From NCBI GenBank assembly GCA_965218435.1, contig CBDCKW010000005.1:384001-448000 (forward strand): a stretch of DNA of 64,000 nt. The letters are read 5' to 3'. The translations under genes and the position numbers were made by a program. Source of the stretch: Truepera sp. (GTDB lineage Bacteria; Deinococcota; Deinococci; Deinococcales; Trueperaceae). Shown here in pieces: positions 1 through 10,112 of the stretch; positions within the stretch are counted from its first letter, which is position 1, and each line of letters opens with the position of its first letter. The notes below the pieces were generated by a model. It was not told the DNA's origin. It ran no database searches and was given only the letters and a program-made list of their open reading frames with translations.

Positions 1-569
1 ACAAGGCTCGTCACGTAGTCCGCGTCGGTAGTGTCTTGGTAAGTTGAGCCGGTGTGCTCGAGGTTGGCGACCACGAAGCCGTAAGAGGCGAGATGTTCCC
101 CTAAATACGCGAGCTGGTAGCGGGTGCCCGGTTGTCCGTGCGAGGCGATGATCAGCGGAAATATCTTGGTTGTAGGCTTAGCGTCCCGTTTGGCGCGGCC
201 TAGCAGTTTTGCGGGCGTGGGGCCGAGCATCGCGTCGTAAAAGGTTGCTTCGTCCTGCTCGTCGGTCGGGTACCAGACCTCGACTTTCAAGGTGCGCGAG
301 CGGGCGGTATCGGTAAGGTTCAAGGTTTGCACGCCGACGAAGTGAGAGCCTCGAGCCGCTAGGGGGGGCAAGTTCACGCCTGTCTCTTGGGCTTTAACGA
401 AGGGAAACATAACAGCTAGCATGGTTAAGCAGCTCGAGAGCCACCTTGTGCGTTTCAGGCGGGCAGGTTGAAGACGAGAAGCGTAGCCCTTCAGAGACCT
501 CAAAGAAATTCTAGTCGTGTCCACATTACAAGAACGAATCTCTCGTGCGGGACATATGAGAGTCATCAT
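1..569 (-). CDS. Alpha/beta hydrolase (predicted dienelactone hydrolase type), 3' end runs off window
   Basis: Manual translation gives FPLIIASHGQPGTRYQLAYLGEHLASYGFVVANLEH. ATG at 569 follows an AAGGAGG RBS. Confidence 0.8.
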   Translation of the reverse strand, partial: MMTLICPAREIRSCNVDTTRISLRSLKGYASRLQPARLKRTRWLSSCLTMLAVMFPFVKAQETGVNLPPLAARGSHFVGVQTLNLTDTARSRTLKVEVWYPTDEQDEATFYDAMLGPTPAKLLGRAKRDAKPTTKIFPLIIASHGQPGTRYQLAYLGEHLASYGFVVANLEHTGSTYQDTTDADYVTSL

Positions 570-581
570 TGCCTCCTTCAC

Positions 582-1295
582 TTAGAGGACCCTCCGGATA
601 AACTCGAGCACTTTTTTGCTCATTCCCGGCTCTTTTAGCAGCTCGGTACCGTGCACGTACCCCGGTACGACGAGAAGTTTTTTATCTTTAGTAGGGGCCA
701 GCTTGTAAAGCTGCGGGGTTGCTTCGTCCGAGCCGTAGGCGTCGCTTTTCGCGGTGAGCATGAAGATTGGCAGTGCGATCTTGGCGGCATACGGTGCTAG
801 CTCCTCGCCTTGCGAGGCCAGCACCCGCGCTTCAGCCGATAGCGTCACCGCCGCTTCCACCCCTGGTAGAGTCTGGCTGCTCGCGATCAGCGTGAGATTG
901 GCTCCTTGCGACGCCCCGACTAAAACGAGGTGCTTTACGCCTTGCTGATGAAAAGCTCTAATAGCAGCCTCGAGGTCGCTCAGACGGTCGGCGCTTGGGT
1001 CGGCGCTGGCGTACTCGTAGAGGAGCACCCGGAAGCTACCCTTCGCCAGCGTTTGAGCAAAGGGGAACCAGCTACACGCGCCGTTGCCACTATCGTTGGA
1101 AAGCACGACCCCGGTGGTACCTGTGCCTAACAGCGCACCCTCGAGCGGCTGACCTGAAGCGTTCTCGAACGCTAGGGGTTGCGCCTGCACTCGGTCGGCT
1201 GAACAGAAGTCGACGAATGTGCTTGCTATAGCTATGTGGACAAACACGAGTGCGATAAGCACTACGACAAACTTCGTTGTTACGTCTGTTTTCAT
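582..1295 (-). CDS. Exported alpha/beta hydrolase
   Basis: GASQG nucleophile elbow, C-terminal HG, hydrophobic N-terminus. Start taken at MKTD. Confidence 0.8.
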   Translation of the reverse strand: MKTDVTTKFVVVLIALVFVHIAIASTFVDFCSADRVQAQPLAFENASGQPLEGALLGTGTTGVVLSNDSGNGACSWFPFAQTLAKGSFRVLLYEYASADPSADRLSDLEAAIRAFHQQGVKHLVLVGASQGANLTLIASSQTLPGVEAAVTLSAEARVLASQGEELAPYAAKIALPIFMLTAKSDAYGSDEATPQLYKLAPTKDKKLLVVPGYVHGTELLKEPGMSKKVLEFIRRVL

Positions 1296-1314
1296 CCGCG
1301 AGCCCCATCCGAGC

Positions 1315-2076
1315 CTACCCATGTTGCTCCTCGCTTTGCTTAATAAAGTCGTTCATGACCTGATTGAACGCCTCAGGTTTGTCTAGGTGTAACCAGTGTC
1401 CGGTTCCCTCGAGCGTTTCATACGGTAAGTCGGCGCCGAGGTTATGCAGACCGAACGGCGTGTCGTTCGCAGGCGTAATCACTGAGCGTTTGAGACCTTC
1501 GTAGCGACGGAGCGGCAAGCTCGGGTCATACGCAACTTGCACTCTGAAAAAGCCGACGACGGTTTCTTTGGGGATCACGCGCAGATCAGCCATGACCTGC
1601 TCTCGCACAGCATCTTTAGCACCGGTGAGGAGTAAGTTCCAGTACCCCTCTATAGTTTCCGCATAGGCATCTGAAGCAAGACCCTCTAAAAATGACGCCA
1701 TTTGCGGAATGCGCCTAGCGTCGCCTGCAGGGTCGGCGAGCAAAAGCCCAGCTACACGCTCAGAGTGATCTGCCGCATACTGGAGCGCCACCAACCCGCC
1801 GCCGCTATGCCCGACAAGCACAAACCTTTTGGTGCCGAGCCGCTTGACGGCTTCGTCTACATCCGCCGCCATCGCGGGAAACGAATAATCTCCATCGGTG
1901 GGCAGGTCGGAGCGGCCATGACCGCGCCATTCCAAAGCAACCGCGCGCCGCTGAGGGCGCAAATGTTCCAACTGCGCCGCCCACTGCCACGCATTACCCG
2001 CGGTTGAATGTAAAAAGATAACTGGAAGCAGAGTTCCGGTTCCACCATCGTCAGCGTACAGTTCAACGGTTTTCAC
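1315..2076 (-). CDS. Alpha/beta fold hydrolase
   Basis: RGHGRS, GHSGGG and GHWLHL motifs. Confidence 0.9.
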   Translation of the reverse strand: MKTVELYADDGGTGTLLPVIFLHSTAGNAWQWAAQLEHLRPQRRAVALEWRGHGRSDLPTDGDYSFPAMAADVDEAVKRLGTKRFVLVGHSGGGLVALQYAADHSERVAGLLLADPAGDARRIPQMASFLEGLASDAYAETIEGYWNLLLTGAKDAVREQVMADLRVIPKETVVGFFRVQVAYDPSLPLRRYEGLKRSVITPANDTPFGLHNLGADLPYETLEGTGHWLHLDKPEAFNQVMNDFIKQSEEQHG

Positions 2077-2102
2077 GTTCTACTCCTTCATCTCGTTCAA
2101 TC

Positions 2103-2837
2103 TCACTTAGCGAGGAATGTTTGGAGAAATCCCTGAACCGCCGCCCAATAGCCTTTTTGGACAAGGGGTGTAGAAGCGACGAGCGCGAGCGAGCCATGAA
2201 CGCCGATGCCGTCGGGTTCGTACTCGAGCTTGTCCCGGCTCGCTACCGCTTCGAAGATGGCGTGGGCCTCAGCGATTTCGCTCCCTCCCGCAGAAGTGAC
2301 GAACACGGGCACCTTCACCTTTTCCGCCGCCTCTCTGATAAGGTTGGGTTTGGCGAAGTACTCGCCAGGTGAAAAGGAGAGGACGCCAGCAATCTCAGGA
2401 TGTTCTGCTGCTAGTAAAAATACCAACGATGAAGAATAACTACTGCCCCATACAAGGATGGTTTTATAGCCCTTGTCTTTTACCCAAATTAAAGCGGCCT
2501 CGAGGTCAGGGAGAGCCTCGAGATAACCCGTAGATTTACCCAGGGCGTTGACCGTAAGGTTTTCACCGCCATAGGCGTTACCGCCGCTACGCTGGTCTAC
2601 GGCTAGTGCGTTAAAGCCTGCTTCGACGAGTCGAGGAGCAATCCCTGCATACTCTTCTTTGTTATAGTCCGCCTGGTGAAAGAGCAGCACGATAGGTTTG
2701 GACGTGTCAGCTGCCGCGTAAAGATTGGCAAAGACTTCTGCGCCGTCAGAAGCTTCAAAGCTCACGGCTTTTTGAGCCAGCGCGAAGTTGAAAGTCAGGC
2801 AGATGAGGCTTAGAACCAGCGATCCGGTTTTTTGCAC
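2103..2837 (-). CDS. Exported alpha/beta hydrolase
   Basis: GTG start after AGGAGGG, signal peptide, FHQA, DQRSGG, WGSSYS and HGS motifs. Confidence 0.85.
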   Translation of the reverse strand: MQKTGSLVLSLICLTFNFALAQKAVSFEASDGAEVFANLYAAADTSKPIVLLFHQADYNKEEYAGIAPRLVEAGFNALAVDQRSGGNAYGGENLTVNALGKSTGYLEALPDLEAALIWVKDKGYKTILVWGSSYSSSLVFLLAAEHPEIAGVLSFSPGEYFAKPNLIREAAEKVKVPVFVTSAGGSEIAEAHAIFEAVASRDKLEYEPDGIGVHGSLALVASTPLVQKGYWAAVQGFLQTFLAK

Positions 2838-2919
2838 TGCTTCCCTCCTGTCGTGACGCCGCCCTTTTCGCTCTCCCTCGGCCGTCAGCTGCTGCACGCC
2901 GAACGAGTTGAAGCGCCCG

Positions 2920-3369
2920 CTACCCGATTCGGGTCGAAATCGACTCATAACCGCCGCCTCCCGGGTAGTGCCAAGCACCAATAAGGGTGTTGCCGTTGTC
3001 TGAGAAGGTGCCCTGGTAGTACGCCGGAGAGCCCCGTTCCCCACTCCAAATCGTGAGGGTGTCTCCTTTGAGTTCGTAGGTGTAGTCGAGCGTTTCGCCC
3101 TCGGAAAAGCCGTAGTAGCGCGAGCGAATATCCGCGCTCGGCTCCTCGCCGAATTTCCGCTCGTGACCGATCACCTCGAGCCCTTTGTTGCCGCCTAAGT
3201 CAACGTGTTGAAAGAGGAAGAACCCACCCTCGGCCCATTCATAGCGGACCGTTCCTGCCGCGCCACCGGACACTTTCCAAGTGCCAACCAACCGGTCTAA
3301 GCTTCTGAGATCAGGGTTCGGCTGAGTTGGCTGCTGTGGCGTTTGAACGTCTTCAAAGTTATCGTCCAC
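2920..3369 (-). CDS. Hypothetical beta-barrel protein (DUF1579-like)
   Basis: LDRLVGTW...YEW.EGGFFL pattern, AGGAG RBS. Confidence 0.7.
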   Translation of the reverse strand: MDDNFEDVQTPQQPTQPNPDLRSLDRLVGTWKVSGGAAGTVRYEWAEGGFFLFQHVDLGGNKGLEVIGHERKFGEEPSADIRSRYYGFSEGETLDYTYELKGDTLTIWSGERGSPAYYQGTFSDNGNTLIGAWHYPGGGGYESISTRIG

Positions 3370-3463
3370 AACGATGTCTCCTTAAGATGATGTCAGTCAG
3401 CTTCTTTGCCGACGACATTTGGCGCTGCTTGTTCTAAACGGCTTACCAGCTAGCAAATACGGT

Positions 3464-3911
3464 TTAGTGGCTGGGCGGCCTGCCGAGGAGGGCTCTGGCT
3501 CGCGGCAGGAGGCCCCAGGCGATCAGGTGCGCTTACTACTAGAAAGCCGACCGGGAGCCAAGGGTTCGTGTTGAGAATGAACGTGTTGGTAGCGGCTGCA
3601 CCTAGCATCAGGCCGACCAGCCCAAGCGCGGCTAGACCGGACAGGCGAGGGATCAGCAAGCTGACCGCTCCGGCCACCTCGAGCGCGCCGACCACATAGC
3701 GCAACCACTGGCCTGCGCCAATCGCGGCGAACATGTCCACCATCGCCGGGTTGCCGCTCAGCTTGAGAAACCCGCCCGCCACAAACTGCAAGGCGAGCAG
3801 GACTTGAAGCGCCCATAACCCGAGGCTGAGGCTACGCCTACGGCTCGTCGCGCGGCGGGTCTGCGTAGCCAGATGTTCTTGAACTTGAACGGTTCCAGTG
3901 CCTTCTTCCAT
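3464..3911 (-). pseudogene. DoxX family membrane protein, frameshift near 3526
   Basis: WALQVLLAL..AGG..KL..GALEVAG. The alternative frame gives ALIAWGLLPR...stop at 3464. Confidence 0.75.
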
Positions 3912-4141
3912 ATTTTCGCCTCCTTAACTTCCTTCGTTTAACAGGACCGCCTATGTCTACTCCAAACAATCTTGATTTTGTAAGAGCGCCTTTTGCTTAA
4001 GTGAGCACAGGCTTGTGCCCGTCACCGTAGGCTAAGTCTATAAGGGAGTGCACTAACACACAATTCAAATAAGCGTTAAATCACCAACCTTCTATTAAGA
4101 TCTTTCATAGAACCTTTTATTTGTTTTGGTAAACTCTAGAG

Positions 4142-5098
4142 ATGAATATGGCGCAGCTGCGAACGTTTTTAAGCATTGTCGAGGAGAGCGGGTTCTCACG
4201 GGCGGCGCTAAAGCTTGGCGCTACCCAGTCGGCTTTAAGTCATGCGGTCGCCGAACTCGAGCGCGACTTAGGAGTAAGGCTTTTAGAACGCGGGCGCTTC
4301 GGGGCACGGCCTACCCGAACCGGAGTGGAGATCGCCGCGTATGCGCGGCAGATACTTACGCTCGAGGAGGCCATGCGCCAGGAGGCAACTTTAGCGCGTG
4401 GCGCACTCCAGGGAACGCTGAGGGTCGCCACCTTTAGAAGCGCCGCAAGTCACATTTTGCCCAAGGCGATTGGCTGGCTTAGATGCAAGCATCCAGAGCT
4501 TGAGGTGCGGCTGCTCGAGACCGACGGTGGTCTCGACGAGTTAACCGAGACGCTACACGATCAGCGCACCGAGATCGCGTTTTTCGCGGTTCCTCCCTAT
4601 CCGGCCGGGATCGTAACCTGGGACTTATTGCGAGACCCCTACTATGCACTGCTGCCCAAAGGCCATCCGCTCACTGACCGTGTCGTGAGCCGCGCCGAGC
4701 TGCTCGAGTGGCCGCTCATCCTTTACGACCCTGACATCTGCTCAGTCGTTGTCGATGCGTACTTGAAAGGGGTGAGTGAAAAGAAGCCCAGGCGTGCCCA
4801 CTACAACGTTCGCGAAGACTCCACCTTGGCAAACCTGGTAGGTCAGGGGCTGGGGGTCAGTGTCGTGCCCGAGCTAGCGTTTCGAGAGCTTCCCGAGAGC
4901 GTCGTGCGTGCACCTCTGGAAGTGCCTCTCGAGCGGGTTATCGCGGTGGGTATCTTGCCGGGGAGTCTTAAGTTCCCAGCGGTGCGGGCGTTTTTAGACG
5001 CTCTCAGAGTACAGTTTCCTAACAGCAAACTGCCACCTCTCGCATCTGATGCTACGTCGAGGGCTCGAGTCCCTATCGGTTTAGGGTGGGAACGGTAA
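4142..5098 (+). CDS. LysR family transcriptional regulator
   Basis: FSRAALKLGATQSALSHAVAELE HTH plus substrate-binding domain. Divergent from the hydrolase cluster. Confidence 0.95.
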   Translation: MNMAQLRTFLSIVEESGFSRAALKLGATQSALSHAVAELERDLGVRLLERGRFGARPTRTGVEIAAYARQILTLEEAMRQEATLARGALQGTLRVATFRSAASHILPKAIGWLRCKHPELEVRLLETDGGLDELTETLHDQRTEIAFFAVPPYPAGIVTWDLLRDPYYALLPKGHPLTDRVVSRAELLEWPLILYDPDICSVVVDAYLKGVSEKKPRRAHYNVREDSTLANLVGQGLGVSVVPELAFRELPESVVRAPLEVPLERVIAVGILPGSLKFPAVRAFLDALRVQFPNSKLPPLASDATSRARVPIGLGWER

Positions 5099-5137
5099 AT
5101 CGAAAGTGTCAACGTGCCAGTCTGCGCTTTAACGGCC

Positions 5138-5470
5138 TTAAAGTAAGCCGCGTAGACCGGCAAGCGTGGGATCATCTACCTCGAGAACAACATCTGTGTA
5201 GTGTGTGATAAAACCTAAAACGGTACGCCGAGGTCCCTCCCGCCATTCCGAGCTGCTGTAAAAGGCGTCCTGACTTCCTTCACGTTCAGCGAGCGTGTCG
5301 TAATTGCGGATCAAATAGGCCGCGTCGGGGTCGTGCTGAGAGAGGCCGCAAGCCACCACGTCGATACCCCACTTTGTAAGGAGAGGCAGTACATGGGTGT
5401 AAAAACACGCGTAAAATCTAGCGCCAGAGTCGGGTTTGAGCTTATAGGTGCGGATTTCTATGATGTTCAT
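5138..5470 (-). CDS. NIPSNAP family protein
   Basis: EIRTYKLKP...SQDAFYSS.EWREGPR pattern. Confidence 0.85.
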   Translation of the reverse strand: MNIIEIRTYKLKPDSGARFYACFYTHVLPLLTKWGIDVVACGLSQHDPDAAYLIRNYDTLAEREGSQDAFYSSSEWREGPRRTVLGFITHYTDVVLEVDDPTLAGLRGLL

Positions 5471-5516
5471 GCCAGCCCTCCCTTACCAACTACTCTCAGC
5501 TCAGCGGCCGAAAAGT

Positions 5517-6719
5517 TCACTGCCGGCTACGCGGATCGAAGGCGTCACGCAGCCCGTCGCCTAAAAGATTCCAGGTCAACACCGAGACAAAGATAAAAGC
5601 TCCTGGCAAAAAGACCCACCAGCGAGTCGCAAGTCCCGACACCCCGGCGAAGCCCTGCGCAGTTGCCAGCATCAGCCCCCAGCTCGTTGAAGGTGGCTGA
5701 ATGCCTAGTCCGAAAAAGCTCAACACGGATTCGGTAATGATAAAACCGGGAATTACGATACTCATGTAGACGATGACGAAGCTGAGCGTGTGCGGCAACA
5801 TGTGACGAAAGATGATCCGGCCGTTACTGGCCCCTAACGACCGGGCAGCATAGGCAAAATCGCGTTCACGTAAGGAAAGCACCTGACCCCGAATGGTGCG
5901 TGCAACACCACCCCAACCGATAACCGATAAAGCGATGACGACTAGTATAAAGACCGTTGACGACGGAAGATTAAGCGGGTAGAAGACCGCTGACAAGGTG
6001 ATTAGGAGAAAAAGGTCGGGAATAGCCGAGAGTGCCTCGATAAAACGCATAATCAGCTCGTCAATCCAACCCCCGAAAAATCCGGCAATTCCCCCCATGA
6101 TCATACCGATGATGATAGAAACGAGGGCGGCCAAAATGCCGATCGTCAGGCTGATCCGTGCCCCAAACAAAATTTTGCCGAAGACGTCACCACCGAGGTC
6201 GTCTGAACCCCATAGGTGAATCCGCCCCGGTTCAGCCACACCAAAAAGGTGAAGCGTCGCCCACGGCCGAATTCCCAGAGTTCTGCGAAGTGGCTCGGGG
6301 ATGAGGTTGACGGGGAACGGTACGTAACGCTCCCGGACGCCTTCACGCCTAACCAAAAACTCTATGGGGTACCGTGTTGACTTGTCCTCTGTCCAGGTCG
6401 TTTCAAACGTTTCCATGTCGAGTGTCTGCGTACTCGCGTAGATAAAGGGCCGGACGAACCGCCCTTCGTTCCAAAAGTAAATCCGGTTGGGAGGCTGAAA
6501 GGTCGTGTTGGGGTTGATGTAGCCTTCCGAGTAGGGGGCAAAAAAGTCGGCGAAAGCGGCTAAAAAATACAAGATACCCAAAATGACCAGCGCAGTTCGT
6601 GCTAGGGGATGTTTGCGAAACTGCCGCCAAGCAATCGAGCTGAGGCTTTCACCCGACCTAGCAAGTGTTTCTTCAGGCGGTTGCGACGTGCCCGTGGGTA
6701 TGACCGGAGCATCGGCCAT
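5517..6719 (-). CDS. oppC: Peptide ABC transporter permease (OppC/DppC type)
   Basis: GARISLTIG, AARSLGASNGRIIFRH and GDGLRDAFDP motifs. Confidence 0.93.
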   Translation of the reverse strand: MADAPVIPTGTSQPPEETLARSGESLSSIAWRQFRKHPLARTALVILGILYFLAAFADFFAPYSEGYINPNTTFQPPNRIYFWNEGRFVRPFIYASTQTLDMETFETTWTEDKSTRYPIEFLVRREGVRERYVPFPVNLIPEPLRRTLGIRPWATLHLFGVAEPGRIHLWGSDDLGGDVFGKILFGARISLTIGILAALVSIIIGMIMGGIAGFFGGWIDELIMRFIEALSAIPDLFLLITLSAVFYPLNLPSSTVFILVVIALSVIGWGGVARTIRGQVLSLRERDFAYAARSLGASNGRIIFRHMLPHTLSFVIVYMSIVIPGFIITESVLSFFGLGIQPPSTSWGLMLATAQGFAGVSGLATRWWVFLPGAFIFVSVLTWNLLGDGLRDAFDPRSRQ

Positions 6720-7699
6720 CAGTACCGAATCCTCGGGTCGATCAGCGCGAGCGCAAGGTCAGAAATCAAATTACCAACCATCAGCAAAAGGGTCAGAATC
6801 GTGAGCAGTGCCATAATGACGTAGGTGTCTTGGGCGTAGATCGAGCTGAGAAATAGTGGCGTGATCCCAGGCCAGCGCAATACGTATTCGACCGAGCCTG
6901 CGCCGCCGATCAGACTGGGTAACAAGCCGCCGATAGTTGCAACGATAACAATTACTGCGTTTCTAAGCGCATGCTTATAGTTGACTGAGCGTTCAGAAAG
7001 ACCTTTAGCACGGGCTGTGCGCACGTAATCCTGCGCAAGAACCTCGAGCATCTCCCCGCGCATAAACCTCGAGACCGACGCGAGGCCCGCGAGCATCACC
7101 ACAATCGTGGGTGCAATCAAATGCCAAGCAATATCACGAAACTGCCCCCACGCGCCGATCTGCCCAAAGTTTTGACTTGTCATGCCTCCAACTGGAATTA
7201 AAAAACTGTTCGTCGACTGAAACCACTGCACCGCGAAGGCTACGACGAGCAGCGCGAGAAAAAAGTTAGGGATAGCCAACCCGATAAGGCTAAATACGGT
7301 CAATATTCTGTCACCGATTGAGTATTTGCGAACGGCCGAGAAGACGCCGATCGGAACGGCAACAAGATAGGTCAAGAGAGTTGCGGGCAGCAGCAGTCGC
7401 AAACTGTTGATCATGCGCGGCACGATAAGCGCCGTCACGCTTCCTTTAGAAGTCATGCTGGTGCCAAAGTCAAAATCTGTTACGACGTTTCTGAGCCAGT
7501 AGAAATAGCGGACAAACCACGGTTGACCGAGCCCTAAAGCCTCACGGATACGCTGCGCCTTATTCGGGTCAACTTGGTCAAACGCAAACTTGCTAGCGAA
7601 ATCGCCGGGGGCGATCTCAATGACAATCCAAGCTAGCAAGGTCGCCAAGATAAATGTTGGGATAAGGTTGATAAAACGTCTGAGGATGTAGGTTGTCAC
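6719..7699 (-). CDS. oppB: Peptide ABC transporter permease (OppB/DppB type)
   Basis: YILRR start, DYVRTARAKGL and DPRIRY motifs. Confidence 0.93.
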   Translation of the reverse strand: MTTYILRRFINLIPTFILATLLAWIVIEIAPGDFASKFAFDQVDPNKAQRIREALGLGQPWFVRYFYWLRNVVTDFDFGTSMTSKGSVTALIVPRMINSLRLLLPATLLTYLVAVPIGVFSAVRKYSIGDRILTVFSLIGLAIPNFFLALLVVAFAVQWFQSTNSFLIPVGGMTSQNFGQIGAWGQFRDIAWHLIAPTIVVMLAGLASVSRFMRGEMLEVLAQDYVRTARAKGLSERSVNYKHALRNAVIVIVATIGGLLPSLIGGAGSVEYVLRWPGITPLFLSSIYAQDTYVIMALLTILTLLLMVGNLISDLALALIDPRIRY

Positions 7700-7782
7700 A
7701 ACTTGCTCCAGAAAAGTGGTGTTGCTTCTAACCAGGGGTATAGCGGTTTGAAAACATCCAAACCGCCTTGATCTTTAGACGT

Positions 7783-9576
7783 CTATTGTGGAGAGGTCAG
7801 ATTGGCTCGGAACCCCCCGGGTCTGTAGGGAGACTCGATTGCATTGGCATCAAGCGCCTCTTTCGGCCAGAGGTTGCCCATGTTGCCGTAAAAGCTAAAT
7901 GCGGGGCTAATAAGTGGCGTCATCGGCAGATACTGTCGCATCAGCTTGGCCCGCTCGTTGTAGATCGCTACGCGCTCGTCTAAGTCGAGCGTGCGATCCA
8001 TCCGGCGGCTGAGACGGTCCATCGAGATTTCCCACGGTTCGGCGTTGTTCGGGTCCTTGTTCCACGAATTGAGGTTTTCGCCTAACCCTAGGACGTTTAC
8101 AGCCGAGGGGTTATCGACGTCACCCCCAGCCAGGCCCCATATCTGCGCGTCGTAATCAACTTTGGTCCCTTCGGCCTCGGTGCCGGTAATCGAATCCGAC
8201 CAGATTTCCGAGGAGACCTCACGTGGGTTCACGCGGACGCCATACTGCGACAATGTTTGGGCGATAACCTGTGCCTCTTGGCTGCGCCGGTCGTTACCGG
8301 AGGGGAACTGTAAGTCGAAGGCGACACGGCAGCCCGTGTCAGGGTTTTTCAGCACGCCGTCCTGCCCGGTTTCGGTAAAGCCTATCGAGTTAAGGAGTTC
8401 GACGCCGCGCTCGGGGTTGAGTTCAAACGGCTCGAGGTCGGGTGCATCAAAAGGCGCTGCTGCATCGCTATTCCAATCACTGGCAGGAAAACCAAGACCA
8501 CCTAGCGCTGCTTGAATCAGCGCTTGCCGGTCGATCATGATGGCAATCGCCTGACGAAACTCGGGCGTTTTGAACATATTGCGCTTGCACTCATTTTTCT
8601 TCTGGAAGTTATAGGTGATGAAGTCAACGAGCGTGTCGGGGCCGATGTTGGGATAGAAGGTGCCACCGATGGTGCCGTTTTGCACCGCTTGCTGCACCGC
8701 GCGCACGTCGTCTACCGTTTGTGGCCAGTCGAAGCTGGCTTGACCCGTAGTGACGAGCGCAACCTGCGCGTTACGGTCGGCAACGAAATCTACGGTCCAG
8801 GTGTCGGGGCCGGGTAAGGGGGAGCCGTCAGCAGCGTGGACGTTTTTGCCGTATTCCGGGTTTTTAGAGAGTACAATGCGCTCACCCGAACGAAACTCGG
8901 TGATCTTGTAGGGGCCGCCTGAAACGAGCTGATTGACGGGTGTGTCAACGCCCCAAAGCGCCAAGATGCCCGCTGCACCTTTGTCTCTATAAACTGGCAT
9001 AAAGATATGCGCGGGAACGGCCCCTAAACCGGCGATGTTCCCTATCAGATTGACCTGTGGCTGAGGTGCGGTGACGCGGAACTGGTACTTGCCGAGCTTT
9101 TCGTACACGATGGGCTCTTCGTTGTCGCCAACCACCGTTGCACTGTAATCGTTTGACTGAACGTCCGGATCACCTTTGATGGTGCGCGCGGCGATATAAT
9201 CGTCGGCTGTTATCTCAGTGCCGTCCGACCACTTCCACCCCTTTTTCAAGGTAATAACAAATTCTTGCTCGGGGCGCACCTCCTCGATAGACGCCGCGTG
9301 TTCCAGATTAAACAAGCCGTCTTCTTTGCGAAACGAGCGGTTGCCGAGCCAGTCGCGGTAGACGAGATCCGGTGCGCCGGCTAGCTCGAGGACGGCAACC
9401 TCCTGTGCGGTTGAGGTGAGCACCGGGTTAAGTGTCGAAAAGTCACCGAACAGCGCTTCGTTAACTGTCCCGCCCTGCTTTGCTGTCGGTGCGTAATTTT
9501 CCGGCCACTGGAAAGGTTGCCCAAACGCCACGCTCACCGTAACCAGTGCAGCGGCTGTCAGATACCATCTTTTCAC
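7783..9576 (-). CDS. oppA: Peptide ABC transporter substrate-binding protein (family 5)
   Basis: Signal peptide, WSDG..ITADD, GPYK and FRQAIA..IDR motifs. Confidence 0.93.
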   Translation of the reverse strand: MKRWYLTAAALVTVSVAFGQPFQWPENYAPTAKQGGTVNEALFGDFSTLNPVLTSTAQEVAVLELAGAPDLVYRDWLGNRSFRKEDGLFNLEHAASIEEVRPEQEFVITLKKGWKWSDGTEITADDYIAARTIKGDPDVQSNDYSATVVGDNEEPIVYEKLGKYQFRVTAPQPQVNLIGNIAGLGAVPAHIFMPVYRDKGAAGILALWGVDTPVNQLVSGGPYKITEFRSGERIVLSKNPEYGKNVHAADGSPLPGPDTWTVDFVADRNAQVALVTTGQASFDWPQTVDDVRAVQQAVQNGTIGGTFYPNIGPDTLVDFITYNFQKKNECKRNMFKTPEFRQAIAIMIDRQALIQAALGGLGFPASDWNSDAAAPFDAPDLEPFELNPERGVELLNSIGFTETGQDGVLKNPDTGCRVAFDLQFPSGNDRRSQEAQVIAQTLSQYGVRVNPREVSSEIWSDSITGTEAEGTKVDYDAQIWGLAGGDVDNPSAVNVLGLGENLNSWNKDPNNAEPWEISMDRLSRRMDRTLDLDERVAIYNERAKLMRQYLPMTPLISPAFSFYGNMGNLWPKEALDANAIESPYRPGGFRANLTSPQ

Positions 9577-9641
9577 TTGATCGACCTCCTTAACTACTAA
9601 GACAAAACCTATGTGCTAAAAATCTCTATGACAAGGTGACC

Positions 9642-10112
9642 TTATGGCGACACTAAAGAATTTTTAACAAGCTTGACCGCTGTGCTTTCTACGAGGTACT
9701 GCAAAGCAGCACGCTGGTCGTTCTCTCCGTGCAAGACACCCCGCCACACCACCCGTCCAGTAACGTCGGTAACCAACAGCTCGGCTTTCCAAGAGAATGG
9801 CGTGACGACAAAAGCCATCTTGTAATGAAGTTGCAACGATGCAGGAGTACAGTTTCGAACCGGACTCGAGTCCGCAAGGGCTGCTGTTATAACCCGCATT
9901 GACGCCTTTTCGAAAGCCGGTATCCTGTAGGTACCTAGCGCAACGTCGGTATTTAAGCAGACGCTTCTATCCTGCTCTTGTAAACCCATCCTGTCGTCCG
10001 GGCCGTCGAGCTTGGCGCAACCTGTGATGAAGGCGCTGAAGAGCAGGGCTATCGCAGCTAGTCGAAGAGAAGTTGCGTTGGACCGACAAGCGACTCGACA
10101 GGGTTGACGCAC
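9642..10112 (-). CDS. Hypothetical lipoprotein
   Basis: Lipobox-like ITGC after a hydrophobic stretch, AGGAGG RBS. Confidence 0.55.
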   Translation of the reverse strand: MRQPCRVACRSNATSLRLAAIALLFSAFITGCAKLDGPDDRMGLQEQDRSVCLNTDVALGTYRIPAFEKASMRVITAALADSSPVRNCTPASLQLHYKMAFVVTPFSWKAELLVTDVTGRVVWRGVLHGENDQRAALQYLVESTAVKLVKNSLVSP

